Shown: positions 1 to 10,510 of the stretch, piece after piece
How positions within the stretch are numbered: the first letter of the stretch is position 1
Layout: each line of letters opens with the position of its first letter
DNA from: an uncultured Flavobacterium sp.
GTDB lineage: Bacteria > Bacteroidota > Bacteroidia > Flavobacteriales > Flavobacteriaceae
NCBI GenBank assembly: GCA_963511475.1
Contig: CAUPJC010000001.1
Location: forward strand, 184,436 to 248,435
Reading direction: 5' to 3'
Length of the DNA stretch: 64,000 bases
Position numbers and translations under genes: made by a program
The notes under the pieces: model-generated
The model's input: only the letters and a program-made list of their open reading frames with translations
Told to the model about the DNA's origin: nothing
Database searches by the model: none

Positions 1-2
1 TT

Positions 3-2897
3 AGAATAAACAAGGTTTTAAGGGAATTAAATATTTCGTTAGAAAGAGCTGTGGATTATCTGAAAGATAAGGGGATTGCTATTGAGTCAAATCCGAACAC
101 AAAAATTTCTGAACAAGAATTTAATATCCTACAAAGTCAGTTTGCGGGCGACAAGGGGAATAAAGAAGCTTCTAAGGAAGTTAGTGAAGAGAAAAGAAAA
201 GAAAAAGAAGCTTTACGTATAGAACGAGAAAAAGAAGTCGAAGACAAACGCAAAATAGAAGAAGAACGTTTGAAACAACAAGAAGTTATTAAGGCCAGAG
301 CTACGTTGTCTGGACCAGTTCAAGTTGGTAAAATTGATCTTAATCCGAAAAAGCCTGTTCCTGCTCCGGCTCCTGTTGTTGCTGAAAAAGTAATTACTCC
401 TGCAGATGTAACTTCAAATGAAGTACCTGTTTCTAAAGAAGAAGTACAGAAAGTAGCTGTTGAGCCTGTTGAGAAAAAAGAGGCGCCAGTTGAAAAAGTT
501 ATAAAAGAAGTTCCTGCTGTTCAAGAAAAAGAGGTTAACGATAAACCTAAATTCAAGGAAGTTAAGAATATTGAAAAGCAACCAGAAGCTGTAATAGAGA
601 AAAAGACAGAAAGTGCTGCTAATGAAACTCCAGTTGAGGAATCGATTACAACACAGTATCAAAAACTTTCGGGTGCAACTCTAACTGGTCAGGTAATTGA
701 TTTATCTCAATTCAATAAGCCAAAGAAGAAAAAAGAAGATCCAAAAATTACGCCTAATAAGCCTGGTGCTCCTGGAGTCGCTGGTGCTAATAATGCGAAT
801 AAAAATAAACGTAAGAGAATTGCTCCAAAACCTGGGGCTCCAAAACCTCCTGCAACCCCTGGTGTTCCTGGAGCACCAAATCCAAATAAAATTACTCCGA
901 ATACCGGAGGAGGAGGTTTTAATGCTAACAGAAGCGCTAGACCTGGATTTGTAAAAGGAAACCGACCTGCAATTGTTGCAAAGGTTGAGCCAACAGAGGA
1001 AGAAGTTAAAAATCAAATCCGTGAAACTTTAGAGAAACTTCAAGGTAAAGGAGGTAAATCTAAAGCAGCGAAATATAGAAGAGATAAAAGAGATACGCAC
1101 CGTCAAAAATCTGATGATGAGCAAAGAGCTATTGACGAAGGAAGTAAAACTATTAAAGTTACTGAATTTGTTACAGTAGGTGAAATTGCTATCATGATGG
1201 ATGTGCAAATTACAAAAGTGATTGGAACTTGTATGTCTTTAGGTATCATGGTTACTCAAAATCAGCGTTTGGATGCGGAAACACTGACAATAGTTGCTGA
1301 TGAGTTTGGATATGAAGTAGAATTCATTACTGTTGATATTGAAGAAGCTATTCAAGTTATTGAAGATAAAGAAGAAGATCTTGTTGCTAGAGCGCCAATC
1401 GTTACTGTAATGGGACACGTTGATCACGGTAAAACATCTTTACTGGATTACATCCGTAAAGAAAATGTTATTGCAGGTGAATCGGGTGGAATTACACAGC
1501 ACATTGGAGCTTACGGAGTAACATTAGATAATGGTCAAAAAATTGCATTCCTTGATACGCCTGGTCACGAAGCGTTTACCGCAATGCGTGCTCGTGGAGC
1601 TCAAGTAACAGATATTGCTATTATTGTGGTTGCTGCAGATGATGATATCATGCCGCAGACTAAAGAGGCTATTTCTCACGCTCAAGCGGCAGGAGTGCCA
1701 ATTATATTTGCAATCAATAAAATTGATAAGCCAAATGCTAACGTTGAAAAAATTAAAGAGCGTTTAGCAGGTATGAATCTTTTGGTGGAAGACTGGGGAG
1801 GAAAAATACAATCTCATGATATTTCTGCAAAAGTAGGTACTGGAGTTAAAGATTTATTAGAAAAAGTATTGTTAGAAGCTGAAATTTTAGATTTGAAAGC
1901 GAATCCAAATAAAGCAGCTCAAGGTACTGTTGTAGAGGCTTTCTTAGATAAAGGAAAAGGATATGTTTCTACAATATTAGTACAGCATGGAACTCTAAAA
2001 ATTGGAGATTATATGCTTGCTGGAAAACATCATGGTAAAATTAAAGCCATGCATGATGAAAGAGGGAATATTGTTACTATAGCAGGTCCTTCAACTCCAG
2101 TTTCAGTTTTAGGTCTAGATGGAGCACCTACAGCTGGTGATAAGTTTAATATTTTTGAAGACGAAAAAGAAGCAAAACAAATTGCTGCTAAACGTTCTCA
2201 ATTAATGCGTGAACAATCTGTACGTACACAAAGACATATTACATTAGACGAAATTGGACGAAGAATTGCTTTAGGTCAATTTAAAGAATTAAATATTATC
2301 CTTAAAGGAGACGTTGATGGTTCTGTTGAAGCATTATCTGACTCGTTCTCTAAATTGTCTACCGAAGAAATTCAAATCAATATTATCCATAAAGGAGTTG
2401 GAGCAATTACAGAATCTGATGTTATGTTAGCTTCTGCTTCAGATGCAATTATTATTGGATTTAATGTTCGTCCTGCAGGTAATGCTAGACAGCTGGCTGA
2501 TAAAGAGGAAATTGATATCCGTTACTACTCTATCATTTACGCAGCTATTGATGACTTGAAAGATGCAATGGAAGGAATGTTAGCTCCTGAAATGAAAGAA
2601 GAAATTCTTGGTACTGCTGAAATTAGAGAGATATTCAAAATTTCTAAAGTTGGTTCTATCGCTGGTTGTATGGTTATGGATGGTAAAATTGCCAAAAATG
2701 CTAAAATCAGAATCATTAGAGAAGGTGTTGTAGTATTTACTGGAGAGCTTCTTGCATTGAAACGTTTCAAAGATGATGTAAAAGAAGTTGCTAAAGGATA
2801 TGATTGTGGTATTCAGATAAAAGGTTACAACGACATCGAAGAAAGAGATGTAATCGAAGCTTACCATGAAGTTGCTATCAAAAAGAAATTGAAATAA
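3..2897 (+). CDS. infB: Translation initiation factor IF-2 (5' end outside window)
   Basis: GTPase motifs [17 protein letters not shown] and the IF-2 C-terminus. The frame is open from base 3 ([19 protein letters not shown]), so the GTG at 51 is not the true start. Confidence 0.98.
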   Translation, partial: RINKVLRELNISLERAVDYLKDKGIAIESNPNTKISEQEFNILQSQFAGDKGNKEASKEVSEEKRKEKEALRIEREKEVEDKRKIEEERLKQQEVIKARATLSGPVQVGKIDLNPKKPVPAPAPVVAEKVITPADVTSNEVPVSKEEVQKVAVEPVEKKEAPVEKVIKEVPAVQEKEVNDKPKFKEVKNIEKQPEAVIEKKTESAANETPVEESITTQYQKLSGATLTGQVIDLSQFNKPKKKKEDPKITPNKPGAPGVAGANNANKNKRKRIAPKPGAPKPPATPGVPGAPNPNKITPNTGGGGFNANRSARPGFVKGNRPAIVAKVEPTEEEVKNQIRETLEKLQGKGGKSKAAKYRRDKRDTHRQKSDDEQRAIDEGSKTIKVTEFVTVGEIAIMMDVQITKVIGTCMSLGIMVTQNQRLDAETLTIVADEFGYEVEFITVDIEEAIQVIEDKEEDLVARAPIVTVMGHVDHGKTSLLDYIRKENVIAGESGGITQHIGAYGVTLDNGQKIAFLDTPGHEAFTAMRARGAQVTDIAIIVVAADDDIMPQTKEAISHAQAAGVPIIFAINKIDKPNANVEKIKERLAGMNLLVEDWGGKIQSHDISAKVGTGVKDLLEKVLLEAEILDLKANPNKAAQGTVVEAFLDKGKGYVSTILVQHGTLKIGDYMLAGKHHGKIKAMHDERGNIVTIAGPSTPVSVLGLDGAPTAGDKFNIFEDEKEAKQIAAKRSQLMREQSVRTQRHITLDEIGRRIALGQFKELNIILKGDVDGSVEALSDSFSKLSTEEIQINIIHKGVGAITESDVMLASASDAIIIGFNVRPAGNARQLADKEEIDIRYYSIIYAAIDDLKDAMEGMLAPEMKEEILGTAEIREIFKISKVGSIAGCMVMDGKIAKNAKIRIIREGVVVFTGELLALKRFKDDVKEVAKGYDCGIQIKGYNDIEERDVIEAYHEVAIKKKLK

Positions 2898-2917
2898 TAA
2901 TCAGTTTATATAATTTT

Positions 2918-2944
2918 AAAATCCCAATTCGTTGGGATTTTTTT
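2918..2944 (+). terminator. Intrinsic terminator of infB
   Basis: Stem AAAATCCCAA / TTGGGATTTT with TTCG loop, followed by a T run. Confidence 0.9.
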
Positions 2945-2945
2945 G

Positions 2946-3100
2946 TTTATAGCCGTAGCTCGATTATTAATTTTTTTGGAGCAGAAAGATTAGGCGTTTT
3001 AGGTAGTATCGTCCCGCACACGAGGCTGAAAGCCGAACCCCGGCTCACAAGGATTTCCACTTCACACGAGCGAAGCTAACTGGCGAAGCAATCGAGCCTA
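2946..3100. repeat. GC-richer structured intergenic element, probable dispersed repeat or ncRNA remnant
   Basis: Short hairpins (AGCCG-AACCC-CGGCT at 3031-3045). Shares the 15-mer AACTGGCGAAGCAAT (3078-3092) with 17175-17189. Confidence 0.45.
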
Positions 3101-3189
3101 AAGATAAACATATTGCTTCTTTGTGATTATTTATAATTGCTGTCAAACTCAAGTTAAAGGTCTTAATAGTTTAAAATGATTTTTTTATA

Positions 3190-3948
3190 ATGAAAGAAAA
3201 ACGGATTGGAATACTGGGTGCAATGCCCGAAGAAATAAATGGAGTTGTTTCCCTGCTTAAAGATAGGAAGGAAGTGGTAAAGGGGATGAGAACCTATTAT
3301 ACAGGTACAATAAATGATATTGAAGCTGTAGTGGTATTTTCCCGTTGGGGAAAAGTAGCTTCTGCAACTACTGTAACTCATCTAATTGTTGAATTTGGAA
3401 TAACAGAATTAATGTTCACTGGAGTTGCAGGTGCTATAAGTCCGGATTTAAATATCGGTGACATTGTTATTGCAAATTGTTTAGTGCAGCATGATTTGGA
3501 TGCTCGTCCCATTATGAAGCGTTTTGAAATTCCGCTCTTGGGAATGACAGAGATCTTTTTGCCAAAACACATTTTAGACAATGTGATTGAGCAGATAAAT
3601 GAATTAGTAGGAAAGGAGAGTTTAGTTCAGCAGCTTTCTTCAAAACAGCAGGAATTATTCTTGTTGACTGAACAAAAAGTAGTTGTTGGACAGATTGCCA
3701 GCGGGGATAAATTTTTTTCCAGTACCCTTGAAAAAGAGAATCTTTTGGATATTCTTCCGGATGTTTTATGTGTGGAAATGGAAGGTGCTGCTGTAATGCA
3801 GGTCTGTTTTGAATATGATATTCCTTGTGTAATTATTCGTATTATTTCTGATACTGCAAATGAAAATTCTGTAGTGGATTTCAATCAGTTTATTGCGCAA
3901 GTTGCGTCTAAATTTAGTGTTGAAATAATTCAAAAACTGGTCAAATAA
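3190..3948 (+). CDS. mtnN: 5'-methylthioadenosine/S-adenosylhomocysteine nucleosidase
   Basis: Motifs IGILGAMPEE, GKV, FTGVAGA, VEMEGAA, RIISD. Confidence 0.93.
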   Translation: MKEKRIGILGAMPEEINGVVSLLKDRKEVVKGMRTYYTGTINDIEAVVVFSRWGKVASATTVTHLIVEFGITELMFTGVAGAISPDLNIGDIVIANCLVQHDLDARPIMKRFEIPLLGMTEIFLPKHILDNVIEQINELVGKESLVQQLSSKQQELFLLTEQKVVVGQIASGDKFFSSTLEKENLLDILPDVLCVEMEGAAVMQVCFEYDIPCVIIRIISDTANENSVVDFNQFIAQVASKFSVEIIQKLVK

Positions 3949-3981
3949 TAAATTTTAAGAATTATTTCAACACTTAAAGCT

Positions 3982-4371
3982 TTATTTGGTTGGCTTTATT
4001 AAAAATACGTTTTTGTATCTTTTTTTGATTTCAACAAGGTTGCGTTCTGCTTCCATTCTGGTTCTGAAATTTCCAACCCAAACTTTATAATTTGGCGTGT
4101 TAAATATAATAGTTCCATCTAGATCTTTGAATTCCTGCTTAAATTCGGATAAAGTTTTTTTAGCGGTTTCGCTTACACCATTGAAGATTTGAATTTTATA
4201 TCTGTCATTATAAGATAAATTTTGGTTGCATTTTCTTTTCTCTGATAGTAATTGTTCGAATTTTTGGTCTTGATTTAGTGTTAAATTCGAATTTTGAGCG
4301 CTTAATTTTGCTGTGATACAACTAAATAATAGAACTGCTAATAGTGGGTGTGCTGATCTTAAAAATCTCAT
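3982..4371 (-). CDS. SPOR domain-containing secreted protein
   Basis: Signal peptide, then YKIQIF...YKVWVGNFRTRMEAE, typical of SPOR. Confidence 0.85.
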   Translation of the reverse strand: MRFLRSAHPLLAVLLFSCITAKLSAQNSNLTLNQDQKFEQLLSEKRKCNQNLSYNDRYKIQIFNGVSETAKKTLSEFKQEFKDLDGTIIFNTPNYKVWVGNFRTRMEAERNLVEIKKRYKNVFLIKPTK

Positions 4372-4390
4372 AATCTGATTATTTATTTTA

Positions 4391-4398
4391 CAAAAATA
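4391..4398 (-). promoter_or_regulatory. Bacteroidota -7 element for the SPOR gene
   Basis: TATTTTTG on the minus strand, 19 nt before the ATG. Confidence 0.55.
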
Positions 4399-4473
4399 AC
4401 ATTTTAACAGGAAATGGAAATTGGATTTATTATTTAGATTTAATATAAATTATAATTAAGATTATTTTAAGGT

Positions 4474-4503
4474 TTTGAGAATAGTTCTTAAGTCGTATTT
4501 TTG
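4474..4503 (+). promoter_or_regulatory. Primary-sigma promoter of the act-cox operon
   Basis: TTTG (4474-4477), 18 nt, then TATTTTTG (4496-4503), matching -33/-7. Confidence 0.65.
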
Positions 4504-4590
4504 TCCAAATTTTTAAATAAGGAGGGTTTCGTCTTCTAATTTATTTGGATGATAAGCGAACAATTTTTAGTAGATAATCAATATATTAAT

Positions 4591-5922
4591 ATGAAAAAGG
4601 TGGGTAACCATAATTCGAATTCAAGGAAATTATTTTTAAGCTTAGCTTTAATGTTGAGTATTTCCGTAGCTTCATTTGCTCAGGATGCAGCTCCGGCAGC
4701 TACAGATGCAGCAATGGCTCCAGCAGCGAGTTCTGGAGGTGATGCAGTAAAAGGTAAAGAGCTTTTTAATACCAATTGTGCTGCATGTCACAAACTCGAT
4801 AGTAAGTCAACTGGGCCTGCTCTTAGAGGTATTTCTGCGAAACATGACATTGCATGGATTTATAAATGGGTTCATAATAGTGGCGATTTGATTAAATCTG
4901 GCGATGCAGCGGCTGTCAAAGTTTTTGAAGAGAATAACAAAGTTCCGATGACTTCATTTCCTCAGTTATCTGAAGGGGATATTGATAATATTATAGCTTA
5001 CACTTCTGAGCCAAAGGCTGAAGTTGCAACTGCTCCTGCAGGTACTCCTGCTGTAGGTGGTGCTGTTTCTCAAGAGGATGGTATTTCAAACAATGTTATT
5101 TTAGCTGCTTTGTCATTAGTAATGGCAATACTTGTTGTAATGCTGGTTTTAGTAAACAAAGTATTGAGAAAAGTTGCGGCTGCAAATGGTATTGAGGTTG
5201 CTAAAAAAGAACCAACATTGCCAATTTGGAAAGCATTTGTTAAAAATCAGTTTTTAGTATTGGTTTCAGCTATATTTTTATTGCTTGCTGGAGCTTATTT
5301 AGTTTATGGTTTCTTTATGCAGGTTGGTGTTGATCAAAATTATGAGCCAATTCAGCCAATACATTACTCTCACAAAATTCATGCTGGTGATAATGAAATC
5401 AATTGTAAATATTGTCACTCTTCGGCACGTGTTAGTAAACATTCTGGGATACCTTCTTTAAATGTTTGTATGAACTGTCATAAAAGTATTGGTGAAGTTG
5501 CTGAAAGTACTGCTACTCCTGAATACAGCAAGGCTTTTTATGACGAGCAGATTCAAAAACTTTATAAAGCAGTTGGATGGGATGCAACTACACAATCCTA
5601 CACAGGTAAAACAGAGCCTGTAAAATGGGTGCGCATTCACAATCTACCTGATTTTGTTTACTTCAATCACTCTCAGCACGTAACTGTTGCAGGTATAGAA
5701 TGTCAAACATGCCATGGTCCAGTTCAAGAATATGAAATTATGAAACAATTTTCTCCTTTAACAATGGGGTGGTGTATTAATTGCCATAGAAAAACCGATG
5801 TTAAAATGGAAGGGAATGAATATTATACTAAAATTCACGAAGAACTTTCTAAAAAGTATGGTGTTGATAAGTTAACTGCTGCGCAAATGGGTGGTTTAGA
5901 ATGTGGTAAATGCCATTATTAA
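4591..5922 (+). CDS. actA: Alternative complex III multiheme cytochrome c subunit ActA
   Basis: Six CxxCH motifs (CAACH, CKYCH, CMNCH, CQTCH, CINCH, CGKCH), two TM segments, first gene of the ACIII operon. Start set at MKKVGNH; the ORF track starts at 4549. Confidence 0.92.
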   Translation: MKKVGNHNSNSRKLFLSLALMLSISVASFAQDAAPAATDAAMAPAASSGGDAVKGKELFNTNCAACHKLDSKSTGPALRGISAKHDIAWIYKWVHNSGDLIKSGDAAAVKVFEENNKVPMTSFPQLSEGDIDNIIAYTSEPKAEVATAPAGTPAVGGAVSQEDGISNNVILAALSLVMAILVVMLVLVNKVLRKVAAANGIEVAKKEPTLPIWKAFVKNQFLVLVSAIFLLLAGAYLVYGFFMQVGVDQNYEPIQPIHYSHKIHAGDNEINCKYCHSSARVSKHSGIPSLNVCMNCHKSIGEVAESTATPEYSKAFYDEQIQKLYKAVGWDATTQSYTGKTEPVKWVRIHNLPDFVYFNHSQHVTVAGIECQTCHGPVQEYEIMKQFSPLTMGWCINCHRKTDVKMEGNEYYTKIHEELSKKYGVDKLTAAQMGGLECGKCHY

Positions 5923-6007
5923 AAATTTAATATTAATCGCTGTTTAAGTGATTGAAATTAAAGGATAGAACTAAAAAAAATTATTAAGATTAATATTTAT
6001 ATATAAT

Positions 6008-9000
6008 ATGTCATCAAACAAAAAATACTGGAAAAGTGTTGAAGAGCTAGACGGAAATAGTTCTATTGTTGAGGCGCTTAGAAATAACGAATTTGTTGAA
6101 GAGATTCCTACGGATGAGTTTTTAGGAAATGAAGCGGCTTTGTCTTCTTCTTCAACTACACGTCGTGACTTTTTAAAGTACGTTGGTTTTAGTACAGCTG
6201 CAGCTTCTCTTGCTGCCTGCGAAGGTCCTGTGCATTTATCAATTCCTTATGTATTGCAACCTGAACAAATTATTCCTGGAGTAGCGGATTATTATGCAAC
6301 TTCGGTTTTTGATGGTTTTGATTTTGCAAACCTTTTGGTGAAAACTCGTGAAGGTCGTCCAATTAAAATAGATAATAATACTATTGCTGGGGCTAAGTTT
6401 TCTGCTAATGCTAGAGTTCATGGTTCTATATTGTCATTGTATGATAATATGCGTTTGAAAGAGCCTAAGCTTGATGCTAAAAATGCTTCTTGGTCAGCTG
6501 TTGATTCAAAAATAAAATCTAGTATTGCTGATGCTAAAGCAAAAGGCGGACAAGTAGTATTTTTGACAAATACATTAGCAAGTCCTTCTACAGAAAGATT
6601 GATTGCTGATTTTATTGCTAAAAATCCTAATGCAAAACATGTTATATATGATGCTGTTTCTTCTTCAGAGGCTTTAGATGCTTTTGAAACTGTTTATGGA
6701 GAAAGAGCTTTAGTAGATTATGACTTTTCAAAAGCTTCAGTAATTGTTTCTGTCGGTGCTGATTTACTTGGAGACTGGCAAGGTGGCGGATACGATTCTG
6801 GTTATGCTAAAGGAAGAATTCCTTCTGGCGCTGTTGGAAAGAAAACAATATCAAAACACATACAATTAGAGTCTAATATGACTTTGTCTGGTGCAGCTGC
6901 TGATAAACGTGTTGCTATGTCAACTGCAAATCAAAAACAAGCATTAGTTCATATATATAATGTTATTACTGGTTCATCTGTAGCTGTTTCTTTAGATGCA
7001 GCATTTAAGGCAGATGTAACTAAAGCTGCTCAGCAATTGAAAGCTGCTGGTACTAAAGGGGTTTTGGTTTCAGGTATTCAAGATAAAAATGCTCAGTTAT
7101 TAGTTCTTGCTATCAACCAAGTTTTGGCAAGTGAAGCTTTTGTTACTTCTGGAACTAGACAAATCCGTAAGGGATCTAATGAAAAAGTAGCTCAGTTAGT
7201 AAAAGACATGAATGCTGGTATTGTTCACACTCTGATTATGAGCGGTGTTAATCCAGTTTATACTTTAGCTGATAGCAAATTATTTGTTGAAGGTTTGAAA
7301 AAAGTAAAAATATCAGTTGCATTGTCATTAAAAGAAGACGAAACTGCTTCTGTGACAACAATTGCTGCTCCAGTTCCTCATTACTTAGAGGCTTGGGGAG
7401 ATTTAACCTTAACAAAAGGGACATATAGTATTACGCAACCTACTATTCGTCCATTATTCGATACAAAACAATTTCAAGATATTTTATTGTCAATAAACGG
7501 AATTCCTGGAACTTATTATGATTATTTGAAAGCGTTTTCAGCTTCAGTAATTGCAGGTTCATCTTGGAATAAAGTTTTACATGACGGTGTTTATGTTGGT
7601 GCTGTTTCAACATCAGCTGCTGGTACTGCTGATTACAGTGGTGCTGCAAACGCATTGGCTCAAGCAAAATCTGCTGGTCTTGAATTAGTATTGTATACTA
7701 AAACTGGAATGGGAGATGGACAGCAAGCTAACAATCCATGGTTGCAAGAGTTTCCAGATCCATTAACTAGAGTTTCATGGGATAACTATGTTACTGTTTC
7801 TAATGCTGATTCTAAAAGATTAGGATTGTCAAATGAAATCGTAGCAAACGGTGGATTAAACGGTAGTTATGTTACTTTGACTGCTAATGGTGTAAAACTA
7901 GAAAATGTTCCTGTAATTGTTCAGCCAGGTCAAGCTGTTGGTACTGTAGGAATGGCTTTAGGGTATGGACGTAAAGCAGCACTAAAAGAAGAAATGCAGG
8001 TAGGTATTAATGCTTATGCTTTATATGCAGGATTCAATAATGTACAATCTGTTTCTATTGTGAAAGCAGACGGCGAACACGAATTTGCTTGTGTTCAAGG
8101 TCAGAAAACATTAATGGGTAGAGGAGATATTATTAAAGAAACTACTCTTAAAATTTTTAATTCAGAAGATGCTGAATTTTGGAATGTACAACCGAAGGTT
8201 TCTTTAGATCATAAAGAAGTTGATGCTACTTCAGTGGATTTATGGGGTTCATTTGACCGTTCAACCGGCCACCACTTTAATCTGTCTATTGATTTAAATG
8301 CTTGTACAGGCTGTGGTGCATGTGTTATTGCATGTCATGCTGAAAACAACGTGCCTGTTGTAGGAAAAGCTGAAGTAAGAAGAAGCCGTGATATGCACTG
8401 GTTGCGTATTGATAGATACTATTCTTCTGAAAGTACATTTGAAGGAGATAATGAGAGAAAAGAAAATATTGCTGGATTATCCAGTTCATTATCTACTTTC
8501 AATGAAATGGAAAAAGCGGGAGATAATCCGCAAGTTTCTTTCCAACCAGTAATGTGTCAACATTGTAATCACGCTCCTTGTGAGACAGTTTGTCCTGTTG
8601 CAGCAACTTCACACGGCCGTCAAGGTCAAAATCAAATGGCTTATAACAGATGTGTTGGTACTCGTTACTGTGCTAACAACTGTCCTTATAAAGTACGTCG
8701 TTTCAACTGGTTCTTATACAACAAAAACAGTGAATTCGATTATCATATGAATGATGATTTAGGACGTATGGTTTTAAATCCTGATGTTAATGTTCGTTCT
8801 CGTGGAGTAATGGAAAAATGTTCTATGTGTATTCAAATGACACAAGCAACAATTTTGAAAGCTAAAAATGAAGGAAGAGCAATAAAAGATGGTGAATTCC
8901 AAACTGCTTGTTCAAATGCTTGTTCTACTGGAGCAATGATATTTGGAGATGTAAATGATAAAGAGGCTGTGGTTACAAAACTTGCAGAGGATGAAAGAAG

Positions 9001-9070
9001 TTATCATTTATTGGAGCATGTTGGTACAAAACCAAATGTTGTTTACCACGTTAAAGTTAGAAATACCTAG
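6008..9070 (+). CDS. actB: ACIII subunit ActB (molybdopterin-oxidoreductase-like domain plus Fe-S domain, Tat substrate)
   Basis: Tat motif TRRDFLK, then SLAAC. Fe-S motifs CTGCGACVIAC, CQHCNHAPCETVC, CVGTRYCANNC, CSMC. Confidence 0.93.
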   Translation: MSSNKKYWKSVEELDGNSSIVEALRNNEFVEEIPTDEFLGNEAALSSSSTTRRDFLKYVGFSTAAASLAACEGPVHLSIPYVLQPEQIIPGVADYYATSVFDGFDFANLLVKTREGRPIKIDNNTIAGAKFSANARVHGSILSLYDNMRLKEPKLDAKNASWSAVDSKIKSSIADAKAKGGQVVFLTNTLASPSTERLIADFIAKNPNAKHVIYDAVSSSEALDAFETVYGERALVDYDFSKASVIVSVGADLLGDWQGGGYDSGYAKGRIPSGAVGKKTISKHIQLESNMTLSGAAADKRVAMSTANQKQALVHIYNVITGSSVAVSLDAAFKADVTKAAQQLKAAGTKGVLVSGIQDKNAQLLVLAINQVLASEAFVTSGTRQIRKGSNEKVAQLVKDMNAGIVHTLIMSGVNPVYTLADSKLFVEGLKKVKISVALSLKEDETASVTTIAAPVPHYLEAWGDLTLTKGTYSITQPTIRPLFDTKQFQDILLSINGIPGTYYDYLKAFSASVIAGSSWNKVLHDGVYVGAVSTSAAGTADYSGAANALAQAKSAGLELVLYTKTGMGDGQQANNPWLQEFPDPLTRVSWDNYVTVSNADSKRLGLSNEIVANGGLNGSYVTLTANGVKLENVPVIVQPGQAVGTVGMALGYGRKAALKEEMQVGINAYALYAGFNNVQSVSIVKADGEHEFACVQGQKTLMGRGDIIKETTLKIFNSEDAEFWNVQPKVSLDHKEVDATSVDLWGSFDRSTGHHFNLSIDLNACTGCGACVIACHAENNVPVVGKAEVRRSRDMHWLRIDRYYSSESTFEGDNERKENIAGLSSSLSTFNEMEKAGDNPQVSFQPVMCQHCNHAPCETVCPVAATSHGRQGQNQMAYNRCVGTRYCANNCPYKVRRFNWFLYNKNSEFDYHMNDDLGRMVLNPDVNVRSRGVMEKCSMCIQMTQATILKAKNEGRAIKDGEFQTACSNACSTGAMIFGDVNDKEAVVTKLAEDERSYHLLEHVGTKPNVVYHVKVRNT

Positions 9071-9106
9071 TACAAAAATTATTAATTAAGAATCAAATAA
9101 AGGATT

Positions 9107-10510
9107 ATGTCGTCTCACTACGAAGCAGCCATTAGAAAACCCTTAGTTATAGGTGATAAATCTTATCACGATATAACTGTAGACGTAGCCGCACCTATTG
9201 AAGGTAAAGCAAATAAACAATGGTGGATTGTATTTTCAATCGCATTAATAGCCTTCCTTTGGGGATTAGGCTGTATTATATACACAGTGTCTACAGGTAT
9301 TGGTACTTGGGGATTAAACAAAACAGTAGGTTGGGCTTGGGATATTACTAACTTCGTTTGGTGGGTTGGTATTGGTCACGCAGGAACACTTATTTCTGCA
9401 GTACTATTATTATTCCGTCAACGATGGAGAATGGCGATTAACCGTTCTGCAGAAGCAATGACCATTTTCTCTGTAATACAGGCAGGTTTATTTCCAATTA
9501 TCCACATGGGTCGTCCTTGGTTGGCTTATTGGGTATTACCTATTCCAAATCAATTTGGATCTCTTTGGGTAAACTTTAACTCACCATTACTTTGGGACGT
9601 ATTCGCAATCTCGACTTATCTTTCAGTTTCATTAGTTTTCTGGTGGACTGGTCTTTTGCCTGACTTTGCAATGTTACGTGATAGAGCTATTACACCTTTT
9701 AATAAAAGAGTTTATTCTATCTTAAGTTTTGGATGGAGCGGTAGAGCTAAAGATTGGCAGCGTTTCGAAGAAGTTTCATTGGTTCTTGCAGGTTTAGCGA
9801 CTCCTCTTGTACTTTCTGTGCATACCATTGTATCGATGGACTTTGCTACTTCTGTTATTCCAGGATGGCATACTACAATTTTTCCTCCATACTTTGTTGC
9901 TGGAGCGGTTTTCTCAGGATTTGCAATGGTAAATACTTTGCTTATCATTATGAGAAAAGTTATTAATCTTGAAGCTTACATTACTATTCAGCATATCGAA
10001 TTGATGAACATTGTAATCATGATTACAGGTTCTATCGTAGGGGTTGCTTATATTACTGAGTTGTTTATTGCTTGGTATTCTGGAGTAGAATATGAACAAT
10101 ACGCTTTCTTGAACAGAGCTACTGGACCTTACTGGTGGGCATACTGGGCTATGATGACTTGTAACGTTTTCTCTCCGCAATTCATGTGGTTCAAAAAATT
10201 AAGAACTAGTATTATGTTTTCTTTTGTTATTTCAATTGTAGTAAACATTGGAATGTGGTTTGAAAGATTTGTAATCATCGTGACTTCATTACATAGAGAT
10301 TATCTACCATCTTCATGGACTATGTTCTCTCCAACATTTGTTGATATTGGAATTTTTATCGGAACAATAGGTTTCTTCTTTGTGTTATTCTTATTGTATG
10401 CAAGAACATTCCCTGTAATTGCTCAAGCCGAGGTTAAAACAATATTAAAAGCTACAGGAGAAAAATATATAAAAGAAAGAGAAGCTAATAAACATTCACA
10501 TCATGAGTAA
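9107..10510 (+). CDS. actC: ACIII subunit ActC (NrfD/PsrC quinol-binding membrane protein)
   Basis: WDITNFVWWVGIGHAGTLISA, HMGRPW and HTIVSMDF motifs; polytopic. Confidence 0.93.
   Translation: MSSHYEAAIRKPLVIGDKSYHDITVDVAAPIEGKANKQWWIVFSIALIAFLWGLGCIIYTVSTGIGTWGLNKTVGWAWDITNFVWWVGIGHAGTLISAVLLLFRQRWRMAINRSAEAMTIFSVIQAGLFPIIHMGRPWLAYWVLPIPNQFGSLWVNFNSPLLWDVFAISTYLSVSLVFWWTGLLPDFAMLRDRAITPFNKRVYSILSFGWSGRAKDWQRFEEVSLVLAGLATPLVLSVHTIVSMDFATSVIPGWHTTIFPPYFVAGAVFSGFAMVNTLLIIMRKVINLEAYITIQHIELMNIVIMITGSIVGVAYITELFIAWYSGVEYEQYAFLNRATGPYWWAYWAMMTCNVFSPQFMWFKKLRTSIMFSFVISIVVNIGMWFERFVIIVTSLHRDYLPSSWTMFSPTFVDIGIFIGTIGFFFVLFLLYARTFPVIAQAEVKTILKATGEKYIKEREANKHSHHE

Noticed and set aside
330-1000. Pro/Ala/Gly/Lys-rich low-complexity repeats (KPGAP) in IF-2
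   Set aside because: This is the normal disordered N-terminal region of IF-2.
4519-4525. Perfect Shine-Dalgarno-like AAGGAGG in the actA leader
   Set aside because: It is 23 nt from the ATG at 4549 and 65 nt from 4591, too far to act as an RBS, and Bacteroidota rarely use SD pairing.
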